Virus record (IMG/VR): IMGVR_UViG_3300044970_001083
DNA length: 64,000 nucleotides
Reading direction: 5' to 3' (one strand)
DNA from: an uncultured virus (IMG/VR IMGVR_UViG_3300044970_001083)
Taxonomy: Duplodnaviria > Heunggongvirae > Uroviricota > Caudoviricetes
Made by a program: the position numbers and the translations under genes. A model generated the notes under the pieces. The model was not told where the DNA came from and ran no database searches. It saw nothing but the letters and a program-made list of their open reading frames with translations. Shown piece after piece: positions 24,084 to 33,974 of the stretch (position 1 is its first letter; each line of letters starts with the position of its first letter).

Positions 24084-24724
24084 ACTTCACCATCAAATTC
24101 AAGAACATCATAGTTATAGGCATTGGAATCCTCAAGTATCCACTTGTCGTAACTTTCAACATCCCATTTATTTGTATTAATTAGCCTATTTATTACTAGA
24201 TCTTTTTTAGTAACAAATGATGGCTCTTTAATTCTTACCCTGTTGTTTGGCTGTACCGCAAAATTTCCATCATCTCTTTGTATTACATGTCCACATTTAT
24301 GTTGTCCTGGATTTTCAGAATACCCATCATCCAAAATATTAGTTTCTGGGCTATGCCAATCTAAAGTAAATAGATAAGTTCCAGGAACATTAGTTTTATT
24401 TCTATCAATATAAGACATTCTCATATTGCTTAATGCCTGAAACTTTGTAACAGAAACGTGTGAACTAAAAGAATTCCATAAAACAAGATTATGTATCGGC
24501 TCTTCTGGAACTCCTGGTTTAGTGCAGAATGCATTAATTGGCATTCTCCACCAAATCCCACCATCTTCCATCATAAAATGAAACAGTGGGCTTCTTGCTT
24601 TAATACTTGAAACACCAAATATTACACATGGAAAATACTGATCATGACTATCCAATTGATCTCTTAAAAAATTTCCACGAACATAACATTCAATTGGTGG
24701 TATGTTTGCATTTAACTCTGGCAT
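24080..24724 (-). CDS. Phage hypothetical protein
   Basis: Start at MPELNANIPP (TAATG overlap); HKCGH...GNFAVQPNNR. Confidence 0.65.
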   Translation of the reverse strand: MPELNANIPPIECYVRGNFLRDQLDSHDQYFPCVIFGVSSIKARSPLFHFMMEDGGIWWRMPINAFCTKPGVPEEPIHNLVLWNSFSSHVSVTKFQALSNMRMSYIDRNKTNVPGTYLFTLDWHSPETNILDDGYSENPGQHKCGHVIQRDDGNFAVQPNNRVRIKEPSFVTKKDLVINRLINTNKWDVESYDKWILEDSNAYNYDVLEFDGEV

Positions 24725-25296
24725 TAACCAACCCCCTTTTCCCAATTATTTAAACCCCAATGTCCTATGCCACAAGCATCTGCCACATCATTGTCATCTA
24801 TAATCTTATCATAGTTGATTTCAATAAACTTTATAGTTCTTTCTTTTCTTATGTTACGCTCATAAGATTTATACCACGCATCTGACTTACCTGGATTTTT
24901 TAATCTAATAACAAGTTTTTCTTCTTTAGATAATGCTTTATTTCCAATATAATTTTGCCAAGTTATTGGTGATACCTTTGCTACATTAAGCACTCCAGAA
25001 ACTCCTGCTGCTCCAATAATAGCGCCTTGAACCAACGCAAGATCTGCTGCAGTTTTTGGACTATTCATAAATACGGTATGTTCAATAATTATAGAATCAG
25101 TATTAATAAATGATTTATCTTTTAAAAACGACTGCACTTTTTTTGATGCATCAATACATTTTTGATAAATATCTTTTCCTTCAAAATTAATCTTTCCAAT
25201 CATTTTTAAATTACCAAACTCAAAAAGGGCAAATGCTAAACTATTAGTGCTTGCATCAATAGCAACAAATTTTTCTGGTCTAACGTATGTCATCAT
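24724..25296 (-). CDS. ruvC: RuvC-like Holliday junction resolvase
   Basis: AIDAST, IIIEH, DNDVADA acidic triad. Confidence 0.8.
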   Translation of the reverse strand: MMTYVRPEKFVAIDASTNSLAFALFEFGNLKMIGKINFEGKDIYQKCIDASKKVQSFLKDKSFINTDSIIIEHTVFMNSPKTAADLALVQGAIIGAAGVSGVLNVAKVSPITWQNYIGNKALSKEEKLVIRLKNPGKSDAWYKSYERNIRKERTIKFIEINYDKIIDDNDVADACGIGHWGLNNWEKGVG

Positions 25297-25573
25297 AGTC
25301 TATCAACCCCTTCAACTCTTTTAATGCTTTATTAACTTTTTTATTATCTACAGAACAGTTTTCACAATAGTTAGAGTCGTTATATGCTGAAAGAACAATC
25401 CCACATCCTCTTGCACATTTACGATCTTTGCCATGTCTTTTTTTGCGTTTATTAATTGCTTGCTTTTCTGCAATTTTAATTTTTGTCGCTTCAACTCGAC
25501 ATTCTGGACTACAATAAATTTGATAACTTACGGCAGGAGAAAATTCATTCTCGCACCACTCACATGGCTTCAC
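25280..25573 (-). CDS. Zinc-finger protein
   Basis: CEWC...YCSPEC...CARGC...CENC. Confidence 0.7.
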   Translation of the reverse strand: MKPCEWCENEFSPAVSYQIYCSPECRVEATKIKIAEKQAINKRKKRHGKDRKCARGCGIVLSAYNDSNYCENCSVDNKKVNKALKELKGLIDYDDIR

Positions 25574-26372
25574 TCAATTGCTCCAGCGAACCAATTTTAA
25601 TTACCCCTGGTTCTGATTGGGCGCATGCCTTTTGTATCGGACATCCTTTGCAAATTTTAGAGTTTGATCTATAATTTTTTTGTGGTAACTGCTTATCTTG
25701 CCATGCTTGCCTTACGGTTTTCATCCAGTCAAATGTAGTATTAATCCATTGTCTATAGTGATCATTAACACTAATTGGAACTATAAACAACTCATAATTA
25801 TTTTTATTCTCATAAATCATTAAACCATTAGACATCTTCAATATCTTCATATAAATCAACAACTGTGCAATATGATATGTCTTTGCTTTGTTTGTTTTTT
25901 TAATATATTCAAAACCTTCATTGCTTACAGTTTTAATTTCAATAACAAACTCTTCGTTATTCCACTCAACCATTCCATCTGCCCAGCCATAAATAGGAGG
26001 GTCGTTGCTAAGAATTTTAAACTCTGTCGTATCCTTACCATCTTCATCTACAAACTTTTTAGCAATCCCAGACTTTAGTAGTGCATCTTGAATTCTACCG
26101 TGAGAAAGAGATCCATTAGACATATTTGCTACTGAAAACGGAGTGTTTGTGCTTTCAAAAACAACACCATCAAATGCGTGATACCAATATCTAGGACATT
26201 CTCCATGTCCATAAATTAAGCCTGATGGCGCAAATGTTTTTTTCTTTTGATGTTTTGGATCTTGTCCGACCATATAGCCAGACTGTATTTGTTCAATAAC
26301 TGCATTTACATCTATACTATTTTCTGATTTCGCTGGTCTAACCATTACTTGCTGTAGTAAACTTTTAGTCAT
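25560..26372 (-). CDS. Cas4-like PD-(D/E)XK exonuclease
   Basis: ECPR, GWADG, IEIKT, QLLIY, C-terminal CKGCPIQKAC Fe-S motif. Confidence 0.85.
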   Translation of the reverse strand: MTKSLLQQVMVRPAKSENSIDVNAVIEQIQSGYMVGQDPKHQKKKTFAPSGLIYGHGECPRYWYHAFDGVVFESTNTPFSVANMSNGSLSHGRIQDALLKSGIAKKFVDEDGKDTTEFKILSNDPPIYGWADGMVEWNNEEFVIEIKTVSNEGFEYIKKTNKAKTYHIAQLLIYMKILKMSNGLMIYENKNNYELFIVPISVNDHYRQWINTTFDWMKTVRQAWQDKQLPQKNYRSNSKICKGCPIQKACAQSEPGVIKIGSLEQLSEAM

Positions 26373-26400
26373 TATATTCCTTTGTTTATATAAGTATACA

Positions 26401-26700
26401 CTATTTGGTAATATATTTTAGTGCTGATACTAAACTGTTTACTGATTCTGCTGCAGTGTAGTAAATATTTTTCTTTCCCCTGTTACTTTTGTCAACATTT
26501 GCCATCCAAGTTGCCCTTAATGATAATTTAGCAGCAATAGCCTGAAGCCTGACAATTTCTAATGTTGCTACCTGAATTGGGATATCTGGCTTAATAATAA
26601 GTTTAGCAATCATAGTAAGTGCAGTTGTAAGATCTTCATCTTCCATATAGTCTGATATTTCAGATAAACCATTAATCATTTCTAAGGTTGTTTTTTCCAT
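26401..26700 (-). CDS. Hypothetical helical protein
   Basis: Operon-packed ORF. Confidence 0.65.
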   Translation of the reverse strand: MEKTTLEMINGLSEISDYMEDEDLTTALTMIAKLIIKPDIPIQVATLEIVRLQAIAAKLSLRATWMANVDKSNRGKKNIYYTAAESVNSLVSALKYITK

Positions 26701-27338
26701 TAGATTAATCCTTTCTCATATTTCAACTTTAGTGTTTTTTGTTTTATATCTATTTGTTTTTTAAATTCTAAACTTATTAAATTATCTTTTTCCGTTTTTT
26801 CTGAAAATTGACATAAAAGCATGTCTACATGTTCCCCTTGATTAAATATTTTTTTCTCTCGCCAATGAACTTGATGAGTTCCAGAAAAAATTAATGCCTC
26901 ATTATTATTTAAAACATACTTAACATTTTCTATAATAATTGGCCACGATGTATTACTTTTTAACTGAACATCAAATGTTAATCTTGGTTGTTTAAAATTT
27001 GTATCTACATGTGGCAATAATTTTGGATTACCGTAATCTAAAGAGTATCTTGTAAAAGATATGCTTTCTAATTCTAAGTCAACGTCTGAACTTTTTTGCG
27101 CTGTATCTATAATTTTATTTACAAGACTTGCACTAATCTTAAAATCAACTGTTCCATTATTTTGTATTGTATTTTCTTTCCAATACAAAGCAGAATATAG
27201 TCTTCCTAAATCATCTTGTTTTCTATAAAAATTATTAATTTCTAAATTAATTTCTGAATACAATAATTTTATTTCTTCTGCTGAAAATATATTGCTAACT
27301 ACAAAATTATTATTTACAATACTGCTATCATTTGACAT
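26700..27338 (-). CDS. 2OG-Fe(II) oxygenase
   Basis: LLPHVD (HxD), WPIII, ALIFSG..QVHWRE. Confidence 0.75.
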   Translation of the reverse strand: MSNDSSIVNNNFVVSNIFSAEEIKLLYSEINLEINNFYRKQDDLGRLYSALYWKENTIQNNGTVDFKISASLVNKIIDTAQKSSDVDLELESISFTRYSLDYGNPKLLPHVDTNFKQPRLTFDVQLKSNTSWPIIIENVKYVLNNNEALIFSGTHQVHWREKKIFNQGEHVDMLLCQFSEKTEKDNLISLEFKKQIDIKQKTLKLKYEKGLI

Positions 27339-27630
27339 TATTTTCACCTTTTAATATTTGTTCTAAAACATCTACCTCTATTATAGCAAGTCTTATTTTT
27401 TTATTTCCTTCTCCTAAAACAATAACAAGTGCTGGATCACTATTATTCTTGATTGCATCTGTTACTACTTTTGCCCAAACATCAGAATTCAAAGTAAATG
27501 ATTTTGCACTTTCTTTAAAATCTACAGTAAAACCATTCCAAGATGCATCTCCCTTTTTAGTATTTCTACCAGAGTTTTTATGCTGTGCAGCACCTAACCT
27601 TTTAGACTCAGAACGCTCACTCATTTTCAT
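27328..27630 (-). CDS. Small PD-(D/E)XK nuclease (Hjc-like resolvase)
   Basis: NSG...KGDA...VDFKE. Confidence 0.65.
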   Translation of the reverse strand: MKMSERSESKRLGAAQHKNSGRNTKKGDASWNGFTVDFKESAKSFTLNSDVWAKVVTDAIKNNSDPALVIVLGEGNKKIRLAIIEVDVLEQILKGENNVK

Positions 27631-27793
27631 AATCCCTTTTTGATTTAGGAAGTAGATTTACTTTAGACATATGTTTTTTCGTACACATCCAAGTTACGTC
27701 TTTTGTTTCAAGCCAAAACCTACAGATATCTACAACTTCACTACATTTTTGACATGCAAATTTACCAGTAAAAGTTTTAAACTTTTCAGACAT
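27617..27793 (-). CDS. Small zinc-ribbon protein (58 aa)
   Basis: Not in the ORF track. FACQKC...TWMCTKKH. Confidence 0.7.
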   Translation of the reverse strand: MSEKFKTFTGKFACQKCSEVVDICRFWLETKDVTWMCTKKHMSKVNLLPKSKRDYENE

Positions 27794-28808
27794 TATTAAC
27801 TTTATTCTTTATCATATCTTGTAAGTCTAAATCTTCTCTTACTCTACTTACAAATGTATCTCTACCCTGAATCTTTGTACCATCGTCAAGTTGATACCAA
27901 GCACCAGTCCTATTGATTATCCCCAAACTTTCTGCTGTATCAACCAAATCAGCGATGGAATCAATACCAAGATCATCACCTCTAAAATAAAAATCATACT
28001 CACCAGATTGGAAGGATGGAGAAGTTTTTGAAAACTGTAACTCCCACCTAACTTTACGACCAACCTTTTCTTCAATGAGTTTGTCTCCGACATGTATCTT
28101 TCCCTTCAATGCTTGATTATCTGATTCTGATGAAAATAGTTTAACAACAGTTGATGAGTAAAACTTTGTTGCCTGACCACCAGTTGGTTGTTGGCTGGTA
28201 TACATTGCATTAATATTATTTCTTGATTGTGAAATAAGAATAAACAAAGTTGGCTTAACTTTATTGTTTGCATAATTAATCATTTTCCACGCATTACTAA
28301 AATCACGAGATTCTGCACCAATTTGTTTAGTATTTTCTAATTGTTTTAGTTCATCCGTATCTTTTTCAAAATATATTGCTGGTAATAATGAAGTAATTGA
28401 GTCAACTACAATTAAATCAACTCCAGCCTCCATTAGTTGCACACCTACATCAACCATTTCATTAATTGTTCTAGCCTTTGAAACAATTAATTTAGATGTA
28501 TCTACGCCAAGTTTTTGTGACCATTCTTTATCGTATGACATTTCAGCATCAATCCAAGCACAAATCTTTCCTTCTTTTTGTGCTAAAGCAACTGTCTGAA
28601 GGCATAGAGAAGACTTTGCAGACGACTTAGATCCCCACATAAGAACTTGTCTACCATACGGCAAACCACCGTTTAAAGCCCTATTAAGACCAGTGCTAGG
28701 TGTTGCTGCATATTCTGTTGCTGGAACTGAATCTCCAGACATTATGCTTTTACGTAATTTAGGATTAAGTTGTGCTAAGACTTCTTCTATACTAACTGAC
28801 ATGTACAT
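27786..28808 (-). CDS. recA: RecA-like recombinase
   Basis: GGLPYGR, GSKSSAKS P-loop, WIDAE, IVVDS, TGGQATKF, GAWY. Confidence 0.9.
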   Translation of the reverse strand: MYMSVSIEEVLAQLNPKLRKSIMSGDSVPATEYAATPSTGLNRALNGGLPYGRQVLMWGSKSSAKSSLCLQTVALAQKEGKICAWIDAEMSYDKEWSQKLGVDTSKLIVSKARTINEMVDVGVQLMEAGVDLIVVDSITSLLPAIYFEKDTDELKQLENTKQIGAESRDFSNAWKMINYANNKVKPTLFILISQSRNNINAMYTSQQPTGGQATKFYSSTVVKLFSSESDNQALKGKIHVGDKLIEEKVGRKVRWELQFSKTSPSFQSGEYDFYFRGDDLGIDSIADLVDTAESLGIINRTGAWYQLDDGTKIQGRDTFVSRVREDLDLQDMIKNKVNNV

Positions 28809-31800
28809 CCTCCAATGTTACTGTTCCGTCTTTTGTCTTTCCAAAATCAAACTTATAGGATTTTCCTTCTTCAATATGCATATATGCTTTTGCAAATGCC
28901 GTAGGAAATACTGTGACAGAATGAAGATCTCTAGATGTATCTGCAAGTGTTAGAGAAGCCATCTTTTTACCTGTCTTTGTAATTCTTGGTTTAAGAGATA
29001 TTACAAACATTTGATCGTCCTTGTATGGTAACTGTTTGTATCCAAGAAACTTAACAAGTGCGTGAGATGATTCTTTTATTTCTTCAGAGGGTACGAAAGA
29101 TACAATCCTATTATCATTGCAAAGAACCAAGTAAGAACGACCAGTCTCAATAGTCGTATTTTCATCATCAAATATACCCACAGACCCAGTTTTGTCCAAA
29201 ATTTCAACTCGTGACCATCCTGTTCCTCTTTTAATTGATTTTACCATACCCATAAAAATGTATGATCCCTTTTCTTCAAAGTCAACAATATCCTGAATAA
29301 ATGCATAGTAGTGAGAAGGTATTGTAATATTAAACTCTGGAAGATTTAAATATTCATACAGGTTTTCTTTAATCTCCTGATCATTTCTAGGATTATCATC
29401 AAATGTTGCTGCACCAATTACTCTAAGTGCTTGGAGTGCACGACTGTTTACTCCGTTGCCCTTGGTGAATGTAAACCCTTCAAGTTCTTTGTAAGAACTA
29501 AATGGTCGTGCTGCAATATATCTTTCTGCAATTTTGTCAGATATGTACTTGATAGCAGTGAGCCCAAACCGAATACCCTTACCTTCAATTTTAAAATCGA
29601 TATCCGAATCGTTAATGTGAGGTAACTTAACGCTAATGCCCATTCTTTTTGCTTCAATAAGATATTCAGTTCTTGCATCTTTATCCTTTTCATTCTTTAG
29701 CACTGAGTACATAAACTCAAGTGGGTAATAATATTTTAGCCATGCTGTCCAATAAGATAGTGTAGAGTATGCTACTGCGTGTGACTTATTAAATGAATAC
29801 CCCGCGTGAGCCTCAAAATCATGCCATAAGTCACGAGCAATGTTTGGAGAAACAAACTTAGATGCACCCTCTACGAACTTCTCTTTAAACTGATCAAATT
29901 CTTTAGCATCTTTTTTCTTGCCAATGATCTTTCTAACTTTATCTGCTTCTGACATGGACATACCGCCAAGGTGTACGCATGCTTGCATAACTTGTTCCTG
30001 GTAAAGAATGCAACCATAAGTATCCTCCGTAAATGGTTTTAGTACTTGGTGTGTATAAGAAATATTTTGACGACCATGTTTACGATCAATATAGTCCTTT
30101 CCAATAGTGTTCATTGCGCCTGGACGAACAAGTGCGTTTGATGCTGCAAGTTCATTTAGATTCTTGACACCCATTTTAACAAGAAGGTTTGTGTATGGTG
30201 CTGCTTCACATTGAAATACACCCTTTGTATATCCATCTGATAGCATCTGATAAACATTTGCATCATCCATCTTAATCTTAAGAAGGTCAATCTTTTTGCC
30301 ATCTCGTTCTTTGATTATGTTAATTGTATCCTTAAGAACAGATAAAGTCTTAAGACCCAATGCATCAATCTTAATCAAACCAATTCTTTCAGCCTCTTCC
30401 ATATCAACACCAACTACAGGAATTCTTTCATCAGATCCAGTAGATGATCTTGTCTCAAGTGGTGCGTATCTAAAAATTGGTTCCTTGCTTGTTACTACAC
30501 CTGCTGCGTGGATTCCTGTACCACGAATGCGACCACGAAGTTGTTCTCCATAGACTTCTACTTCTGGATACTTCTCACGAAACTCTCTTGTTGATTTTGA
30601 ACTACAGAAATCATCCCACGAGTCTACAGTCTTTAAAACCTTATTTACATCTGACAGTGGAATATTTAGTACTCGTGAAACATCTCTCACAATTCCTTTG
30701 CCAGTAAACTCAAGGAAAGTAGCAATAGATGCAACGTGTCGATACTGTCTAACAAGATAATCTTTTACTTCTTCACGGCGAGTATCTTGAATATCTGTAT
30801 CAATATCTGGAAAGTCATTACGCTCTGGGTTAATAAAACGGAAAAACAAAAGGTTATGCTCAATAGGATCTATGTCTGTAATCTTTAGTGCATAACAAAC
30901 AAGAGAACCAGCAGATGAACCACGACCAGGCCCAACCATTATCTCTTCTTTCTTGGCCCAGTTGATCATGTTACTCACAACAAGGAAGTATGGAGCAAAC
31001 TTCTTATCTTTGATAATTTGCAACTCTTCTTCAAGTCTATCAAGATACTCTTTGTTTTCTGATAAACCTCGCTCTGCCAAACCTTCTAATGCAACCTTTG
31101 CAAGTTCTTTATCAGGACTCTTGTACTGTACTGGTAGTAGGTTTAAGCCTTCTTGAATTCCATAGTCTCCTACTGTCTCTGCTAATAGGAGTGTGTTTGA
31201 GTATATGTCTGGTCTATCAATACCCTGCGCTTCCATGGCTGCTTTAATCTCTTCGTATGATAGCAAGTGTATATCAAACTTGTTAAATGACATCTGACGA
31301 TCTTTGCCATAGAGATAGTCAAGGCGCTCCATCATGTTGCCCTTTTTCTTTGACTTTTCATATGTTGCATCTTTTACGAACTTACCGTGTGTGTTCATAA
31401 GCAACTTAAACTCTTGAACTTCTTTTTGTGATGAGTCAACATGGTGGCAGTCTGGTGTTACAACAACCTTAATACCAAACTCATCCGCAAGTTCAATTAA
31501 ATACTTATTAATGTGCGCTTCGTTGTGAGGCATGACTTCAATATAGTAGTCATCCTCAAAGCGTTCCTTAAACCAAGATATATATTTCTTAGCAAGAGCA
31601 AACTCTTCTTCTTCTAGTGCCTTTACAAGTACGCTACTTGGACAGGCAGATGTTACGATAATACCCTCTTTGTACTTTTCAAGAATCGTAAAATCAAATC
31701 GTGGCTTTTTAAAGAAACCATCTGTCCAAGATAATTCACTAATCTTGTTTAGGTTTTCTAAACCAATTTGATTCTTGGCTAGAAGGATAATGTGGTTGTA

Positions 31801-32067
31801 GACAAGATCTTGTTGACCTTGTCTTTCAGACTTATCTCGTGTATCAGATATGTCTGCACACATGTATCCTTCTAGACCTAGAATTGGCTTAATGCCCTTT
31901 GCTTTTGCAATACGGTGCAGTTCCCTATGCCCAGATAAAGTACCGTGGTCAGTGATGGCTATTGCAGGCATCCCTAACTCAACTGCTCGGTCAACGTATT
32001 CTTCTGGAGTAGCAATCCCATCAAATAAACTAAAATGGGTGTGGACATGTAAGCCTACGTAATTCAT
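28792..32067 (-). CDS. dnaE: DNA polymerase III alpha subunit
   Basis: PHP domain (LHVHTHFSLFDG, AITDHG); GRGSSAGS; PDIDTD; HAAGVV; YSFNKSH. Confidence 0.97.
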   Translation of the reverse strand: MNYVGLHVHTHFSLFDGIATPEEYVDRAVELGMPAIAITDHGTLSGHRELHRIAKAKGIKPILGLEGYMCADISDTRDKSERQGQQDLVYNHIILLAKNQIGLENLNKISELSWTDGFFKKPRFDFTILEKYKEGIIVTSACPSSVLVKALEEEEFALAKKYISWFKERFEDDYYIEVMPHNEAHINKYLIELADEFGIKVVVTPDCHHVDSSQKEVQEFKLLMNTHGKFVKDATYEKSKKKGNMMERLDYLYGKDRQMSFNKFDIHLLSYEEIKAAMEAQGIDRPDIYSNTLLLAETVGDYGIQEGLNLLPVQYKSPDKELAKVALEGLAERGLSENKEYLDRLEEELQIIKDKKFAPYFLVVSNMINWAKKEEIMVGPGRGSSAGSLVCYALKITDIDPIEHNLLFFRFINPERNDFPDIDTDIQDTRREEVKDYLVRQYRHVASIATFLEFTGKGIVRDVSRVLNIPLSDVNKVLKTVDSWDDFCSSKSTREFREKYPEVEVYGEQLRGRIRGTGIHAAGVVTSKEPIFRYAPLETRSSTGSDERIPVVGVDMEEAERIGLIKIDALGLKTLSVLKDTINIIKERDGKKIDLLKIKMDDANVYQMLSDGYTKGVFQCEAAPYTNLLVKMGVKNLNELAASNALVRPGAMNTIGKDYIDRKHGRQNISYTHQVLKPFTEDTYGCILYQEQVMQACVHLGGMSMSEADKVRKIIGKKKDAKEFDQFKEKFVEGASKFVSPNIARDLWHDFEAHAGYSFNKSHAVAYSTLSYWTAWLKYYYPLEFMYSVLKNEKDKDARTEYLIEAKRMGISVKLPHINDSDIDFKIEGKGIRFGLTAIKYISDKIAERYIAARPFSSYKELEGFTFTKGNGVNSRALQALRVIGAATFDDNPRNDQEIKENLYEYLNLPEFNITIPSHYYAFIQDIVDFEEKGSYIFMGMVKSIKRGTGWSRVEILDKTGSVGIFDDENTTIETGRSYLVLCNDNRIVSFVPSEEIKESSHALVKFLGYKQLPYKDDQMFVISLKPRITKTGKKMASLTLADTSRDLHSVTVFPTAFAKAYMHIEEGKSYKFDFGKTKDGTVTLEDVHVS

Positions 32068-32070
32068 CTA

Positions 32071-32718
32071 CTACCAGTCAGTATTTGTGCTGGTAATAGA
32101 TGGGCCGTCAAAGCCAAGATAGAACGCTTCTTGTTCTGCATAAGGAATCTTGCGAAGAGCAGACTCAAGTGGATATGGCTCTGTGCCTGTCCAATCAAAT
32201 GGCTCCTTGTCTGGTGCAGATGGAATAAGTGTGTAGTTGGTTTCAGTTCCCTGACCATTACGTTTCAACTTCCAGACAACATTTGAAATGCTTCCAGTCT
32301 CCATTGCGTATTCCTTGATTGTATTAAATGATGATTGCTTGCTGATACCCATTGACCAGATAGCAACATATGGTGGCTCTAGGCCATCGTCTACAAGAAC
32401 ATTGCAGTAGAAACGAAGACGGGCTCTCCAGCCAGCCTTTGGATCTTTGCGATGCATCTCTTCTGCCCAATCACGACCTTCTGACTCCATTGTATCTAGA
32501 GCCTTACGCTTGTAGTCCTTTGGGTTGGTGTGTTCCTTGACAACTAGTGCAAGTCCACGACCTTCGTTATAGTTTGCAGAGTCTTCGTCAAGTTCTTCAA
32601 TAAAACGAATCTTTGCTGATTGTCCGTCTGCTAACTTTAGCCAACGAACCTTTGGTCCATCTGATTTTGGTTTTTCGAGCAGGGCATTGATGTTTTTTAG
32701 TCCCTTTACTACGCTCAT
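32071..32718 (-). CDS. Single-stranded DNA-binding protein (gp32-like)
   Basis: WLKLADGQSAKIRF...KRNGQGTETNY; lies between primase and polymerase. Confidence 0.6.
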   Translation of the reverse strand: MSVVKGLKNINALLEKPKSDGPKVRWLKLADGQSAKIRFIEELDEDSANYNEGRGLALVVKEHTNPKDYKRKALDTMESEGRDWAEEMHRKDPKAGWRARLRFYCNVLVDDGLEPPYVAIWSMGISKQSSFNTIKEYAMETGSISNVVWKLKRNGQGTETNYTLIPSAPDKEPFDWTGTEPYPLESALRKIPYAEQEAFYLGFDGPSITSTNTDW

Positions 32719-32772
32719 ATTATTCTCCTTTGTTATATGTTTATTGTATATTGTTTGCTTGTGTTTGTCAAA

Positions 32773-33726
32773 CTATCTATTTGCTCCAAAAATTTGGTCA
32801 ACAAAGTTGTCTGATTTTTGTAACAATTCTATTATATCACTGTCCAGCATATCACCAATATCTTTATATTTATTGTCTAATTTTATCATATATGCTTTTG
32901 ATCCTATTTTTTCAATAAGTTTATTAGCCATAGTGTTTCCAGCATCATCGTTATCTGCTACTACACATATCTCACTAAAATATTTTTTTAATAACTCAAT
33001 CTGAGAACTTGATACATTTGCACCAAGAGTTGCTACTGCTGGAAATCCAACCTGATCAACTCTTATAGCATCAAAAGACGACTCTAGAACATAAACTCTG
33101 CTAGAAGTCTTAATTCTATGCAGGTTAAAAAGTATTTTACTTTTTGGTAGACCTGGAGTATTTTTGAATTCTTTGCCTTCAATTGTTCGTGCAACAAAAC
33201 CAATTGTCATTCCATCTGGAGATTGAACTGGTATTGTAACCATATCTTGTTTTTCAGAATAGCCAAGACTAAACTTCTCTATAGATCTTTTTGTTATTTT
33301 TCTACCTTCAAAATATCGCATTGCTCTAGGAGACTCTAGCGTTTGATTGTTTAATCTTTTTATTAATACCTCATCATATTGAATAAACTCTTTTGGTTTA
33401 TATAACTTTTTATTAATAAGATCTTCAATGTTAGTTTCTTTTTCTTTACTCTTGATAAATCTGATAGATTCAAAATAAGACCTATTAGTCATCTTCATAA
33501 TAAGTTCTTGAAGATCTGCCGTTTGCTGACAACTAAAACAAAAGAACAGTCCACTTTGTTTAGACACTTCTCCTGCTGGCGTTTTTGTGTTATTGTGATA
33601 TGGACAAAATATGATAAAGTCTGAACCAACTTCTGATTCTACGGTTATGCCTGATCCAACAAGGACTCTTTTAATCTGTTCTTCTGTATATGTATTGGTC
33701 TGTACCCGTCTACCGCGATTATCCAC
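32773..33726 (-). CDS. dnaG: DNA primase
   Basis: CPYH...CFSC zinc finger; TOPRIM VLESSFDA, ADNDDAG, KDIGD. Confidence 0.9.
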   Translation of the reverse strand: MDNRGRRVQTNTYTEEQIKRVLVGSGITVESEVGSDFIIFCPYHNNTKTPAGEVSKQSGLFFCFSCQQTADLQELIMKMTNRSYFESIRFIKSKEKETNIEDLINKKLYKPKEFIQYDEVLIKRLNNQTLESPRAMRYFEGRKITKRSIEKFSLGYSEKQDMVTIPVQSPDGMTIGFVARTIEGKEFKNTPGLPKSKILFNLHRIKTSSRVYVLESSFDAIRVDQVGFPAVATLGANVSSSQIELLKKYFSEICVVADNDDAGNTMANKLIEKIGSKAYMIKLDNKYKDIGDMLDSDIIELLQKSDNFVDQIFGANR

Positions 33727-33968
33727 TGTATCTTCTTTCTTCCAACGTGCATTCCATATGCTGTAAGGCCAAACTCAAAATAATTTTTGTCACTATTATA
33801 TTTTAGCGTAAAATCTGGTTCAATGTCAATTCTTGGCGCATATCCAGTTTCACGCATCTGTATGACCAAAAGACGTAAATATTCTTCCTTAAGTCTAGGT
33901 ATGTGAGATTCATCCTTGATGATGCCATCAAGATAGAAGTTTTTAATCGGTTTATGATGAAGTGACAC
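33645..33968 (-). CDS. Hypothetical protein
   Basis: ORF between helicase and primase; TATAAT at 33974-33979. Confidence 0.6.
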   Translation of the reverse strand: MSLHHKPIKNFYLDGIIKDESHIPRLKEEYLRLLVIQMRETGYAPRIDIEPDFTLKYNSDKNYFEFGLTAYGMHVGRKKIQWIIAVDGYRPIHIQKNRLKESLLDQA

Positions 33969-33974
33969 ATTATA

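Noticed and set aside
25560..26372. Cas4-like gene as evidence of CRISPR-Cas
   Set aside because: No repeat-spacer array or other cas genes were seen. Solo Cas4-like nucleases are common in phage recombination modules.
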